A DNA stretch of 64,000 bases, taken from assembly GCA_951406725.2 (NCBI GenBank), contig OX597819.1, positions 27,838,001 through 27,902,000 of the forward strand, given 5' to 3'. A model generated the notes under the pieces. The model saw only the letters and a list, made by a program, of their open reading frames with translations. It ran no database searches and was not told the DNA's origin. A program made the position numbers and the translations under genes. This DNA is from Octopus vulgaris. Taxonomy: Eukaryota. Positions 27,401-40,677 of this stretch are shown here, piece by piece (within the stretch, counting starts at the first letter, position 1; every line of letters begins with the position of its first letter).

Positions 27401-30400
27401 TTTGCTCTGAGCAATAGGCCCTTTGTCACCAGCAGAGGTAGGAGCTCTCTGAATTTTGCCCAGGCTATTCTTATTCTAGCAGCTACATTCTCAGAGCATC
27501 CACCTCTGCTACTGGCTTGGTCACCTAGGTAATGGAAAGCAGGCGTTAAACAATGATGATATAGATCATCATCATCAACATTTAACATCCGCTTTCCATG
27601 AAGTCATGGGTTTGATGGTTTGACTGGAACTGATAGGCCAGAGAGCTGCACCAGGTTCCAATCTGATTTGGCATGGTTTCTATGTTTGGATGCCCTTCGT
27701 AATGCTAACCACTCCAAGAGTGTAACTGGTGCTTTTTACATGCCACTGGATTGGGTGCCATTTATATGACACTAGCAATAGCCACAATTACGATTTCGCT
27801 TGGTTTGATGAGTCTCCTCAAGCACAACATAATGCTATATATATAGATGTATATACACACACACTAGCAAGCACACGGCTGTTATGAACTACAGCCACAT
27901 TGTATTATATATATAAGTATATATGTTATATATATATATTTATACACACACACACATATACACACTCAATTTTCAAGTTCAAGTGGAATGTATGCACCAC
28001 ATCCAATTCACTTCAGCGTTGCCTGTGTCATTGATAACAATAACACCTTGACCAATTGGTATTGCAGTACATGCCTTTGATAAGAAAAAAGTTGATTTGA
28101 AATTGTACCAATCAGTGAACATGGTGTGCATCCCAACCAATGAAGAGACATGCACTATGGGTAGACTCGTATGTATGTGACCTTAATTTGCTGTTGCATA
28201 CATGCTCAGTGTTGTTGTTGTTATCTTCACTGAGGTTATCAGGTCAGACATTTGTTTTCCAATGCACCACCCGTGTTATAGTACACACTCAACCACTGTA
28301 ATAAAAAAAATAGGGAGATTGTAGCAAAATCCTTATGAACTTTGCAGCTTATGGAATGAATAATGGACATGAATATATACTAATAACAATAAACAATTTT
28401 GCATAAATTGGATTGAATAAAGAGAAAAATGTTAAAGGCAAAAAAACTCAAAAGGTTTTAGTCATTGCTTCATGTCTTTATCACACTTGAACGAATAAAG
28501 GCTCTTACTGTGCTTCTAATCCTTGGGGAAATTTTATTGAATTTAAACCTGAGAACACTCCTTTGGCATTCCTGAGTTTTTTACTGCCAAGAAAATCTAC
28601 ATGGACAAATTGTTTTTGGTAGTAATTCTAGAAGTGATCACAATTATGCCAGAACACGGTTCATTAGTCAAGTTTCTGTTGCAAAATAGGGCTTTGTGCA
28701 AAGAAATGGCTTCGCAATACTTCAAACACATTGTTTAATCATTGGATACTTAAGACATTGGCAGTTTAGTTGTGGCACAAAGGCCATTATTGACAGAAAA
28801 TGTGCTAATAATTGTTCCAAAAAAGCATGCTTTTTTTTTTGCCATTTTCCATTGACAAATAGGGTTTTGTACATCACAAATGCATTCATAATACTCCTTG
28901 TACATTGCTGCATTTTTTTACACCAAAAACATTAAAATTGGCGATGTAGATTAGAAGCAAATCCAAATATTGCCTGAAAATGACCTCAAAATTGTGCAAC
29001 CTGACCTCATTTTTGAGGTTATTTTTTGTATTAAAAGAAGAGCTGTTATGCAAAAAATGCTTCATTTGGTAGCTAAATGATCACTGAATCTTTTGATGCC
29101 TCATATGTCAAAATTCGTAACTCAGTTTTCGAATTCATAAGGAACATACCGCATGCACACACACACACACAAATTCTGTTTTATATGTACAGATATATAG
29201 GGAGTGAGTGAGAGAGGAAGGGACAGACACTCATATATGTGTATGTATGTGTGTGTATATTTTGGTTGTCTCCCCCCTCACTTGACAACCATTGTTGGTT
29301 TGTTTACGTCTCTGTGACTAAGCAGTTCAACATAAGAGACCAATAGAATAAGTACGAGACTTTAGGAATTATTCTGTAATTTGTTCTATATACTCATAAT
29401 CATCATCATAACCTCCACTTTCCCATGCTTTCACGGGTCAAACGGAATTCATTGAAGTGGATTTTTTGTAGCTGGATGCCCTTCATGTCACCAACCATTG
29501 TCTGTGTCCAGGCAAGATAATATTTACCCCATGGCTAGACATGTTTTCATGAAAGACTGGAAATGCAGGACTCTGTATTATAATGGTGATGCTTGTTTTA
29601 TAACTACTCTGTGGTGACCTCAAGACAAGGAGGTCCAAGTACATGCACACACACATGCACGTGCATATATACACACTTATACAACAGACTTCTCTCAGCT
29701 TCCATCTGCTAAATCGACTCACAAGGTTTTTTTGGCTGGCTCAGGGCTATATTAAAAGACATTTACCCAAATTTCCATGCAATGGGATTGAACCCAAAAC
29801 TACATGGCTGGGAAGTGAAACATTTTGTTAGTAATTTGCTTTTTTTTTAATTCATTGGTATATGATTAATTCAATTTCTTTATAGGGGTTGGAAGCACTT
29901 TCTGGTTGTTTTGATTTTGTAAACTTAGATCCTGAAAAATGTTGTCGAGTAGATTATACAGTTAGCTCTGATTGAACAGGTCTGTGATGAGGAATTAGAT
30001 CAAACATTTTAACTGTGACTTGCAAGCTTGGTATACTAGTTTTATTTTGCTATAATATGACCTATAACCACTTACTATGCTTTTTCCATAGCAGTGTTTG
30101 GTATCTAAGTTGATTGTTGATACACTTAATGCTGTCAAATTGTTGGGCTTATTTACTGTGGAATGTGAGGTTTGAAGATCACTGAAACGTTCTTTGTATT
30201 TCTTGAACAGATTACTGAGATATTTTGATTATTTCATCATCATTTAATATCCATCTTCCATGTTGGCATAGGTTGGATGGCTCAACAGCTTCAGTGACTG
30301 TTTTGGTGTGGTTTCAACAGTTGGATGCCTTTCTTAACACCTACTTAATAAATATAATCATGTTAGTTACATCTTTTGGTCAAATTGGTAAAAAAAGTTT

Positions 30401-33400
30401 TTTTTTAAAATTAATTCTTTAGCATTTAAACTGGTCATATCTGGCCAAAATATTTTACCTGTTCTATGTTCAAACTGGCCAAATCTGGCCCGTCACACCT
30501 ACTCTACAATGCCATTCTAAAAATAAACTACCATATCATCAAATACTTGAAGCTACAAGATAATTGATGATTAATCCAAAACAGTATTAATAAATAAGCT
30601 TTACATTTGACAGAGTAATCTAAATGCTAAAGTGTTAGCCTGATTTTATACTATTTCTTTTGTTGTACCTAGGGAGGTACACTCACACACTGGTTCTATA
30701 TACACTCACACACTGGTTCTATTTCATTTCTTTATTATTCGTCAGTTGGCTAACTATTTAACTAATCAATTGTTTGATTAATCGTTAGGTTTATTATTGG
30801 TTATTATTTGCATAACGACCCTCTCAAAATCTGTTTCAACAAATGAGTCCACGACAAGAATCCTTTCAAACCAAATACAAAACCAAAATAAACTACTTCT
30901 TAATATCAAAACCACAATTCAGTTTTAATGCTTTACTTATTTTAATGTATTTTGTGACGTTCACCTGTTTTTATATCCCATGATATATTTTATTTCATTC
31001 TTTCAATCTTTTTCATTTATTTACCATTGAAATCCCTGGAGTATTTTTGTGTCCCTGTGTATTGTCTATATGAAATCCCTTTGGGATTGATTTTGCTTTC
31101 GATGCAAAGACAATGTAAATGACTGTGCCCTTCCCCATAATTTTGTGGCTTTGTACCACTATTAGAAATCAATATTTTCTGTCAGTGTCATCAACCATCT
31201 TACTCATTCAGTGTTTTGTTTTAATATAAAAGTATCATACCTTTTGATTCTCATCTACTCTATTGATGTCATTTAATGGCTGAAAATGTTTCTGGCTTAT
31301 CTTTTATTATTCAAGAATTATAGTTTATCAGAATAAAAGAAAAAAGAAAAACTATCTTCTTAGTCTCTGTTAACCACACACCTTATCTGAAAACAGATTT
31401 GTGTTGCCATTAGAATTATTTTTAGCCATTGTTTAATAATGTATTTTTTGAATCCCCAGGTCAACTTTGTAAGAGCAGATCCATGATAAAAGGTGTATCA
31501 GTAGTAACCATTCTGCTTTTCTTTTCCAATTATAGTATGTGTCAATGTGTGTTATCCAAATAGCAGTTATATCATTTATCTTTATGTTCTGAGTTCAAAT
31601 TCCACCGAGGTCAAATTTGCCTTTCATCCTTCCGGGGTCGATAAATTAAGTACCAGTTGCGTACGTAGGTTGATCTTATCAACTGGCCCCTCCCCAAAAA
31701 TTTTGGGCCTTGTGCTTAGAGTAGAAAAGAATCTGTTATCCAATATTATCTTTTTTGTTGAAATAGTGTTGTTTGATTTCAATGGAATTTAGCTCTTATT
31801 TCTGAGTTATTGTCCAAAGTACATGATCAGCAATTACAGTACATTTTATTTTACTCTGTTTGAGATATTAACATAATGTTGCTTAATTAACACATTTGAC
31901 ATACCGTCATTAATTCATTGATTACTTAGGCTGTTTCCAAAATTGACACAATTGTTTTATTGTATTCAAGATATTTTTTACTTTCAATTTTGGGTTGTGC
32001 AGTGGAAGTATCCAATTCGCAAGAGTGGTGTGGCTTGCTTATGAAGAAGCAAGCCTCTTGAAATACTTTATCAAGTTTGGCATTCCTTAGTTCTGGCTCC
32101 AGATCCAATTAGAGGTAACAAGTAGCTATAACCTATGTGGTCAGTTCAGTTGACAATAATATCCTTTTTTATGAAATAACTTTTTGTTAAACATAGCAGG
32201 AAAATCACCCTCAATCTACCTTCTATTGTTTTGAGAAAAAGAAGTTCACATTGAATAACATAATTCAAGATACAATGCCTGAATAAAAGATGGGATGATT
32301 ATATCCTTTGGTCATATGTTTGTTAAATCAGGGATAACTTGCAGTTAAGAGATTCACTAAATACAGGAGTGAGTTTTAAGAGAAGTGTCTTATATTGAAA
32401 TGGTTGATGTTAAGAAGAAAATATATACCTTTGTAATAAACAATTTTAGTATTGAAAAATAGATGTATAACTGATTACAGATAGCAACTGCCTGTGTCTC
32501 CCAACCCCACTCCTTACTGTTTGGCAACATACCAGACTAGTTAACCATGAAGGTATAAGGGTAGGATCCACCTCAGCCAACTGGAACAATAGTTGCAGTT
32601 TATTTTGTTTACTTTGCTTATCGACACACTAACCCTTCCCTCAGATAGTTTGAACTGGTAGGTTTTTTTTTTTTTTAATCTTGTTCTATGTACAGAAAGG
32701 GGAAATTCACAACTTTCAAATTATAAAACTGTATTTGACTGATTCATGTATCTATACACACACTCATTTAATGTGTCTGTCCACAAACATCTACACCAAC
32801 TTTATATATGTTTATATATATATATATATATATATAACTTATATAATTCTTTTCTTTTAATTACAGCTCTCGTTCTCTCCTGGTACTGCTCGATGGGTTC
32901 ATGTCAAGCTGCTTTCTCTTCTTGGTGTGATTTTCTGTTCTTGCATGGGTCTGCTCGTTATCTCAGGATTTGTTGCAATGCAAGCTGGATTTACCATATT
33001 TGCATTTATGGCAGCAGAGGTTTGTATATTTTTATATCTTCATCAAGATATTTTTCTTAGATGTCATATATAAGTTTTGTGTTCTTACAATATTACCCTT
33101 TTTTCTTCTACATGTTGGATATCAGTAAGATAAGCACTTCTTATATACTAGATTATGGGACAAAATAAACTTTGTACAATATTTAGAGATCATTGTAAGG
33201 CTAAGCCTTGCTGCTGTCTTTCTGAAGGTGTATGATGAAAACAGCTGAAAATGCTGAAGTTGGATCATTTTCTATCCGAAACCATCACTACCTTTGGTTG
33301 TTACTTGAAGTAGAGGGTAAATAAGAAAGGTAGGCAGCAATTTAACCCCTCTCAGATAGTTTTTAAATGTGGGTAAACTGGCATGTTTTGAGCTGGGTAG

Positions 33401-36400
33401 ATGTTGCATGCATTTGGGTGAAGTGTTGGTGTTTGCCCAAGGAAGTTTTATTGATTCTTAGGTCAATAACTATTTATCATGATGACAAGCTGAACTCTTT
33501 AGCATTCATATTTGTAGAATGTAATAATTATTTATTCACATCTTTTTTAATTAATCATGCATTGTCTCATAGCTTTGAGAAATTGATGATGTGATTGTTT
33601 ATTTTTTGAATGACATTTTAGAGTAGGTGTCAGAGGCTGGATCTGGCCAATTTCAACATAAAACAGGTAGAATCTTTGGGCCAGTTTAAATGCTAAAGGG
33701 TTGATAATTATCGTGGTTTGTCAGGTGACAGACACTAGTTGTCTGACTAAATGTTTAACAGTATTTAGTTACATGACCTTAAGCTTTAAGTGCAAATTGT
33801 GCCATGCATTCATCCTTCTGGGGTTGATAAAATAAGTACTAGTTACAGGCACTAGCACTTGGGTTAGTTAAATCAGTATGAGAAATCATTTGAACACTTT
33901 CTCTGCTAGTATTGATTGATTGCCAATAAACTAAGCAAAGGAGAATTAATGAGAAGGAAATAATTATGTAAGAGGAGATGTAGCTGTTTTGAATGTTAAG
34001 GTTTTAAGAATTCTCTAATTATTTTGTTATTGCTATTTTCTCAGCTTAGATTCGGTTATTCTCAATATTTTGTAGGGTTGTTATTAGCTATTATAAACAA
34101 CAATTTGATGTGTAAATGAACAAGAAGTCCACTGATGGTCCCTTGTTACGTAGTCCATAACTCAACTTGTATCAAACAGACTTATGGCATTTCAGCTGTC
34201 ACCATCTCCTCCTTTTAGGACTATGTTGCTCTGCAATAGCTAGTGTGTCCATTCCTTATATAAGATGTTTGGGTGCTGTTTGAGGGAAATTCAGCTGCTA
34301 TTTCTAACAGGCTAAATGATCATGCAAAGGCTTCCCCATTGACTGTCTGATAGTCGTCATCATCATCATCATCATCATCATCATGTAGATGTTAATATAC
34401 TTTCCATGCTTGCATGGATCAGATGGATTTTAGTGAGGTTTTTTTTTTATGGCTGGGAACTCATCCTGTCACCAACCCTCACCTGTTTCTAAGCAACAGA
34501 TATATTTTGCAGAATATTGGAAATAAATGACACTGCTTGTATGACAGTGACACTCATTCTTAGTGAAAGAAGCCCATAGCATATATATATATATTTATAA
34601 TATGTCTGTCTATCTATCTATCTATCATCTCTATATTATAATTCTGAAATGCAAAAAGTTTGTTTGTTTGTTTGTCTGGTTTTGGCATTGAGAACGGGTT
34701 AAAGGCCACTAGATCCCGTCGGGTTGACTCCAAAATTTACAGGGACATGTAAAATGAGGTGAGGATGCGAGTGGGCTAGGTTAGAAATCCCCATCTTAAA
34801 AGGTGTCGTTGCTAGGGCCAAAAACGCACTTTGACAAGTCTACTCTCATTCTTTTATGTATCTGTCTTTCTCCATCACTCACTCTCCTTCCTCCCTTCCT
34901 TTCACATTCTATCTATAACGTCATTTCACAGCGTCCTATATCTCCCCGCCTTCAACAGTGCTTTCACTCTCTCTCTCTCTCTACGTCTGTCTGCATTCAT
35001 AGAGAGAATTATCATCGCCACCACCACCACACAATCATGAGAACAAATATTATGAATCAGATATTTATTGGGTTAATTTATATATGTGTGTGTATGTGTG
35101 TGTGTTCTATATATAAATATGTATACATAATGTATATATACAAAGTGTATATATCTGTATTTATGGATATTAAACTTTTTAATACTTTTTGATAGTTATA
35201 ATATATATTTTTTTTTAAATTATAAATATGGTGGCACGTAACAAACACTATCCGATCGTGGCCGTGCCAGCCTTGTCTGGCACCTGTGTCGGTGGCACAT
35301 AAAAAGCACCCACTACATTCACGGAGTGGTTGGCGTTAGGAAGGGCATCCAGCTGTAGAAACACTGCCAGATCTGACTGGCCTGGTGCAGCCTTCAGGCT
35401 TCCCAGACCCCAGCTGAACTGTCCAACCCATGCTAGCATGGAAAGCGGACATTAAACGATGATGATGATGATGATGTGTGCATTATGTGGTCAGTTGTGC
35501 TGAAAATATGCACACCTATGTTAAAAGTGCTGGCGAGTTTGCATGGCAACTATTTTTTCCTCAAATGAAAGGCGTGACCTCTAGGACAAAATTCCTCATC
35601 TTATAAAATGTGGCCCAAGTAGACTTGAATGAAATTGGGTTATATTAACCAAAATATGAAAAGGGGACTAAATGGGGCTGGAAGGGGATTAAAATTTACA
35701 GGAGCGGGTGTTTAGGAATTCTCTGTTACATCAAGCTAAAAAATGCACCAGCCTTTAAATCTTCAATGTGTTGCCGTACATGATGAAGAAGTTTTGAATG
35801 CTTGCATTGGTGAGTCTGCTGTCGTGAGAAAGAATCACTTCAAAACTTAATGTTTAGGAATTTTCTTTTACATCAAGTTCAAAATTTTACGCCAGCCATT
35901 AAACTGCCACTACGTTGCTGTCCATCGTTAATGAATACCAACCATGGTGACTCTACTATCCTTAGATTCTATCCCTTCAAACTTTTTTTTAATTTTTTAT
36001 TCAGCTCGCAAGTTCGTCTGTCCCTTTTAAATGTTAGTGTTTTGCTGTCTTCCTTGAAGCAGACCTTTCTGTTGTCACTGCCTGATATTTATGATGGATC
36101 TTTCAAAATATTTTCTTTCTCAACTTACTCAAAATCTTTTGTTGAGAAAAAGGAAGAGTAAGAGAGTGGGAAGGTGAGAGAGAAACAAAGAGGGAGAATG
36201 TGGTGATAAAAAAAGAAAGTAACAACCATGCTCTTACCCCGCATGTAGAGCGGGTCACCTTAAGCTAGTATATATATATATATATCTGTGTCGGTGGCAC
36301 ATAAAATCACCCACTACACTCTCGGAGTGGTTGGCGTTAGGAAGGGCATCCAGCTGTAGAAACACTGCCAGATCTGACTGGCCTGGTGCAGCCTTCGGGC

Positions 36401-38034
36401 TTGCCAGACCCCAGTTGAACCGTCCAACCCATGCTAGCATGGAAAGCGGACGTTAAACGATGATGATGATGATGATATATATATAGAGAGAAAGAAAGAC
36501 AGTAATGTAACTACACGTGTGCCATTTTGCAATTTTTTCTCCATCTTTGGACTTTTCCCTTTCTCCTTGCCAATGAAGAGCTGTCCTCGAAACATCACAC
36601 TCTCTCCTTTCACCAAGCATCAAGTTAATACATTTCTTGCGTATGTCCTCACATTCGTTTTTTTCGCTTTTTTTAATTGACTATATATACACACACACAC
36701 ACACATTCGTATGTATGTATGAGTAAGACGGGCTTCTTTAAGTTTCTTTCAACCATATCCATTCACAAGGATTTGGTCATCTTCCTTAAGGTAACACACA
36801 GTGGGATTGAACCCATGTCTCTAATTTGTGCTTACAATACTTAAGATAATAACGTTACTATATTTTTGTTCTTTTTCAGTGCCTTATCCTTGGAATAAAG
36901 ATAATGTATGTTATGATACGGTAAGTACTGTTTGTTTTTTTATTTTGTTTTTTTTATTTATTTATGTTTCTGCTTCTATTGTATTCTTGCTACTCGCACT
37001 CCGTCGTCGGTTACGGCAACGAGTGTTGCAGTTGATCCAATCAACAGAACAGCCTGCTTGTGAAATTAACGTACAAGTGGCTGAGCACACCACGGATATG
37101 CGTACCCTTAAAGCAGTTCTCAAGGAGATTCAGCACCACACAGAATGTAACATGTCTGGCCCTTCTGAATTTACAAGTAGAACTCATTTTTGCCAGTTGA
37201 GTGGACTGGAACTCGCTACACTCGCCTCCTTACGAGAGCTCAAAATCTCTCTTGGAAGTGCCATCCAACCAAAATGCAAATATATGGGAAACTACCACTG
37301 TGTCATCTCTTGTGAAAGGTAAGAGAGTCCAGTTTGCTGGACATTGTTGTAGAGCTGAAAAAGAGGTAATTTCTACTCTTCTCCTCTGGAAGCCATCTAC
37401 TCGCAATACCAGAGGGCGCACACTCTCCTACCCTGATGTAATCTCCAGGGATACAGGCATCCAGCAACAGGACCTCCGTAATGCCATGATGGACCGTGAA
37501 GTCTGGCGTAGCATGGTAAATTCCATTGTCTCGACCACAGTCGAACAATGATGATAGACTGGAACAATGTGAAATAAATCCTACATGATTTGAATTGAGA
37601 ACTGAGTGGAATTCAATTAAATACATTTCAACCATCCACACAATTCTTATTAAATATCCATAGTTGTCACATTAGTTGGTTTCACACCATTTTAAAAACC
37701 CAACTCTCTAAGATAGGTAAAGTTTAATTCTATGCATGTTATTCTTTTAAGCTGGTTACATATGTTTTCTTTGTGTGTTCTGTGTAGCTTATCTGAAGCT
37801 ATTTATTCTGTTACTTGCTTCAGTCATTTGATTGTGGCCATGCTGGGGCACCACCTTGATGGGTTTTAGTTGAACAAATCAACCTGTAGGACTTATTTTT
37901 TTTTAACACCTGGTACTTATTCTATTGGTCTCTCTTTGCCGAACTGCTAAGTCACAGTGACATAAACACACCAACACTGGTTGTCAAGTGGTGGTGGGGG
38001 ACAAATACAGACATAAAGACACACATAGATATGT

Positions 38035-38065
<31 letters not shown>

Positions 38066-40627
38066 ATATGACAGGCTTCTTTCAGTTTCCATCTTCCAAA
38101 TCCACTCAAGGTTTTGGTCAGCCTTAGGCTATAGTAGAAGACACTTGCCCAAGGTACTTCTTACCACGCAGCCATGCTAATGTGAAAGTTTTTTTTTTTT
38201 TTAGATATTAACTGATAAATTGCCTAGTTTCAAAGCATTTACCACCTTTTCAGTGTATCATTACGCGTGTGTTTTATATTTTGTTTACAACAGATGATTC
38301 TGACATCTTGTGATGGTTATTGTATTATATACACTCATACACAAGCACATGGGACTTGCATTCTATGTCAGCAAGTGTTGTATTTTTGCTATTTTAGTTG
38401 CAGAAATACCTCAGTTGTCCCCAAATAAATCTCCAAGTTTTGGCAATTCCTGCCTCTTTTCTTTGCATCTGCTTGCCATTTTTATGGTACAGTTAAGAAT
38501 TCAGTGAAGTAAATCAATAAATGAGATTAAGTAGAGCCATTTGTTCAAACCACACTTGTTTTTTGTTTTGATATGCTACTCAGAGAAAGCAGGTCAGTAT
38601 CGTACTTGGACAGGGAGGTTAACTGAATAATATGCAGCAGGAAACTCTGCTGAAAGAATCCATTGACCAAAATGGCTGTGTTAAACTTAGAAGGCTGATA
38701 GGCCTTAGTGGTGTAGCTTGAGTGTGTGCCGCCTGGGGCAGCCCTTCAGTTTGCTACCCTCCCCACCAAAAAATACTTATTGCATAGTGATTATATTAAT
38801 TGTTGCATTTAATGGTGAGTAGTGTCTGTGTCTTGATATTAAAACCACTATTATTTGATTTCAGTACAGCCTGTACAGGCTTATAGCCTACAGCAGAACC
38901 AAAAGTGTACCACCCCATAAGACAGGGTGGACTGCTCTTTCCACCCCACTCTATCTACACTAGTGATAGGCCTGCCACAACTAATACAGTCTCTGTATTT
39001 CATTTTTGGACAAAATTCATAATTCTGCTTATAGCCTACAGCAGACCCAAAAGTGTTCCACCCCCATAAAAGTGCTTCTCAGGGTGGATTGCCCCTTCTA
39101 CTCCACTCTAGCTACGCAAGTGTTAGACCTACCACAACTAATACAGTCCCTGTATTTCATTTTTTGACAAAATTCATAATTCTGTTCTTCTCATTCTGTA
39201 TGGCTGAGCACAGAGTTCCCATGTTATTTCACAGTTGAGCAGTAGGAAAAGTTTCCAAGTGTGAAACAACTGCTCCAATGAAAGCCACTCATATTCATTT
39301 AAGCATTGATGTAAAACAAGCATCATCATCATCTAGTGTTTTAAATCTGGGTTTTGTCCCCATTAATGGGTGTGGCCAGATCTACCTCAGTGCCATAGCA
39401 ATGAAGCAGGCAGTTGCAGCTCACCCCAACATTTGGGCTGGCTGGTGCCCATTCTTCCTTGCTATCATGAGGCTTTTTTGGAACTGGATTTTCTACGGGG
39501 AGGGGAGCATGCCTTTACTTACCCCTGACCTCAGTTTCTAGACATTAGTGGTCCTGAGACCAAGGCCTCTACCATGATTTTTAAGAAATGTAGTGGAAAA
39601 CTAGCTCAGGAAGGCAGGTACACTACTCACTGAGACCTCTTTTGAAGCCCCCCTACCTATGAATTAACAAAAAAAAAACTTGGAATATATAAGTGTCTCA
39701 AAATCCACAAATGTTTTCAGGGTATTTCTGACTTCTGCAAAAAAGTAATTTACAAAAGGATCATGCATGTATACATAAACTGCATGCCAAATTTTAAATA
39801 TACATATCCTCTACTTTAAACTGAGAACCAACATCCAGAAACCCATTTCTAAACTGCAATAAACATTAACAACATTTGCTTGTTTTATGAGTTTTGAAGG
39901 ACTTGTAAATCTGCACATAATTCTATAGGTGATTCTGTGTGTGTGTGTGTGTGTAACTATATTTTGAAGCTATATGTAATTTAATTTTTATTTTTTAAGT
40001 TAAAGATACACTTTTATTTGTTGTATATAGTTACATTTAACCCTTTAGTGTTCTGATTATTCTATCAAACATAATGCTTATTAATTCACATTGATTTGAA
40101 TTAATCATGCATTATCTCATATCTTCAAGATCTTGATGGTGTAATTACCTAATGTAGAATAACATTGTAGGGTAGGTGTGAGAGCCTGGATCTGGTCAGT
40201 TTGAACATAAAACAGATTAAATATTTAGGCCGGATATGGCCGGTTTAAATACTAAAGGGTTAAACAGACACATTAATAAGATAAGTAAAACCAAAAATTT
40301 GATAATGTTATTGAAAACCAGTATTGTGATAATGTGGGAATCCTTTATTGTGAAGTAAAAATAACCTTTTCAGAAATATGTATTTAGGACTGTATGAAGT
40401 ACCTGCTGAAGAACTTCTAGCTATTACTATAGTAGTTATGTTTATTTATAAGTATTTTCTATACTGGTGTCTGGTTGTCTATTTTCCCTATCTGGTATAT
40501 TCATTATCATTGATGCTGACAATGTCTCAGTTGGCTTTCTTCAGTTGTCTTCAGACAGTGTTCATTTGTCTATCCATCAATCTATATGTGTATGTCTCAT
40601 ACATGTATCAGATGTAGCTTTTATATA

Positions 40628-40677
<50 letters not shown>

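Noticed and set aside
36828-37322. 164-aa ORF, the longest in the window
   Set aside because: Chance read-through across the AMFR small exon (wrong frame), a SINE and a LINE fragment
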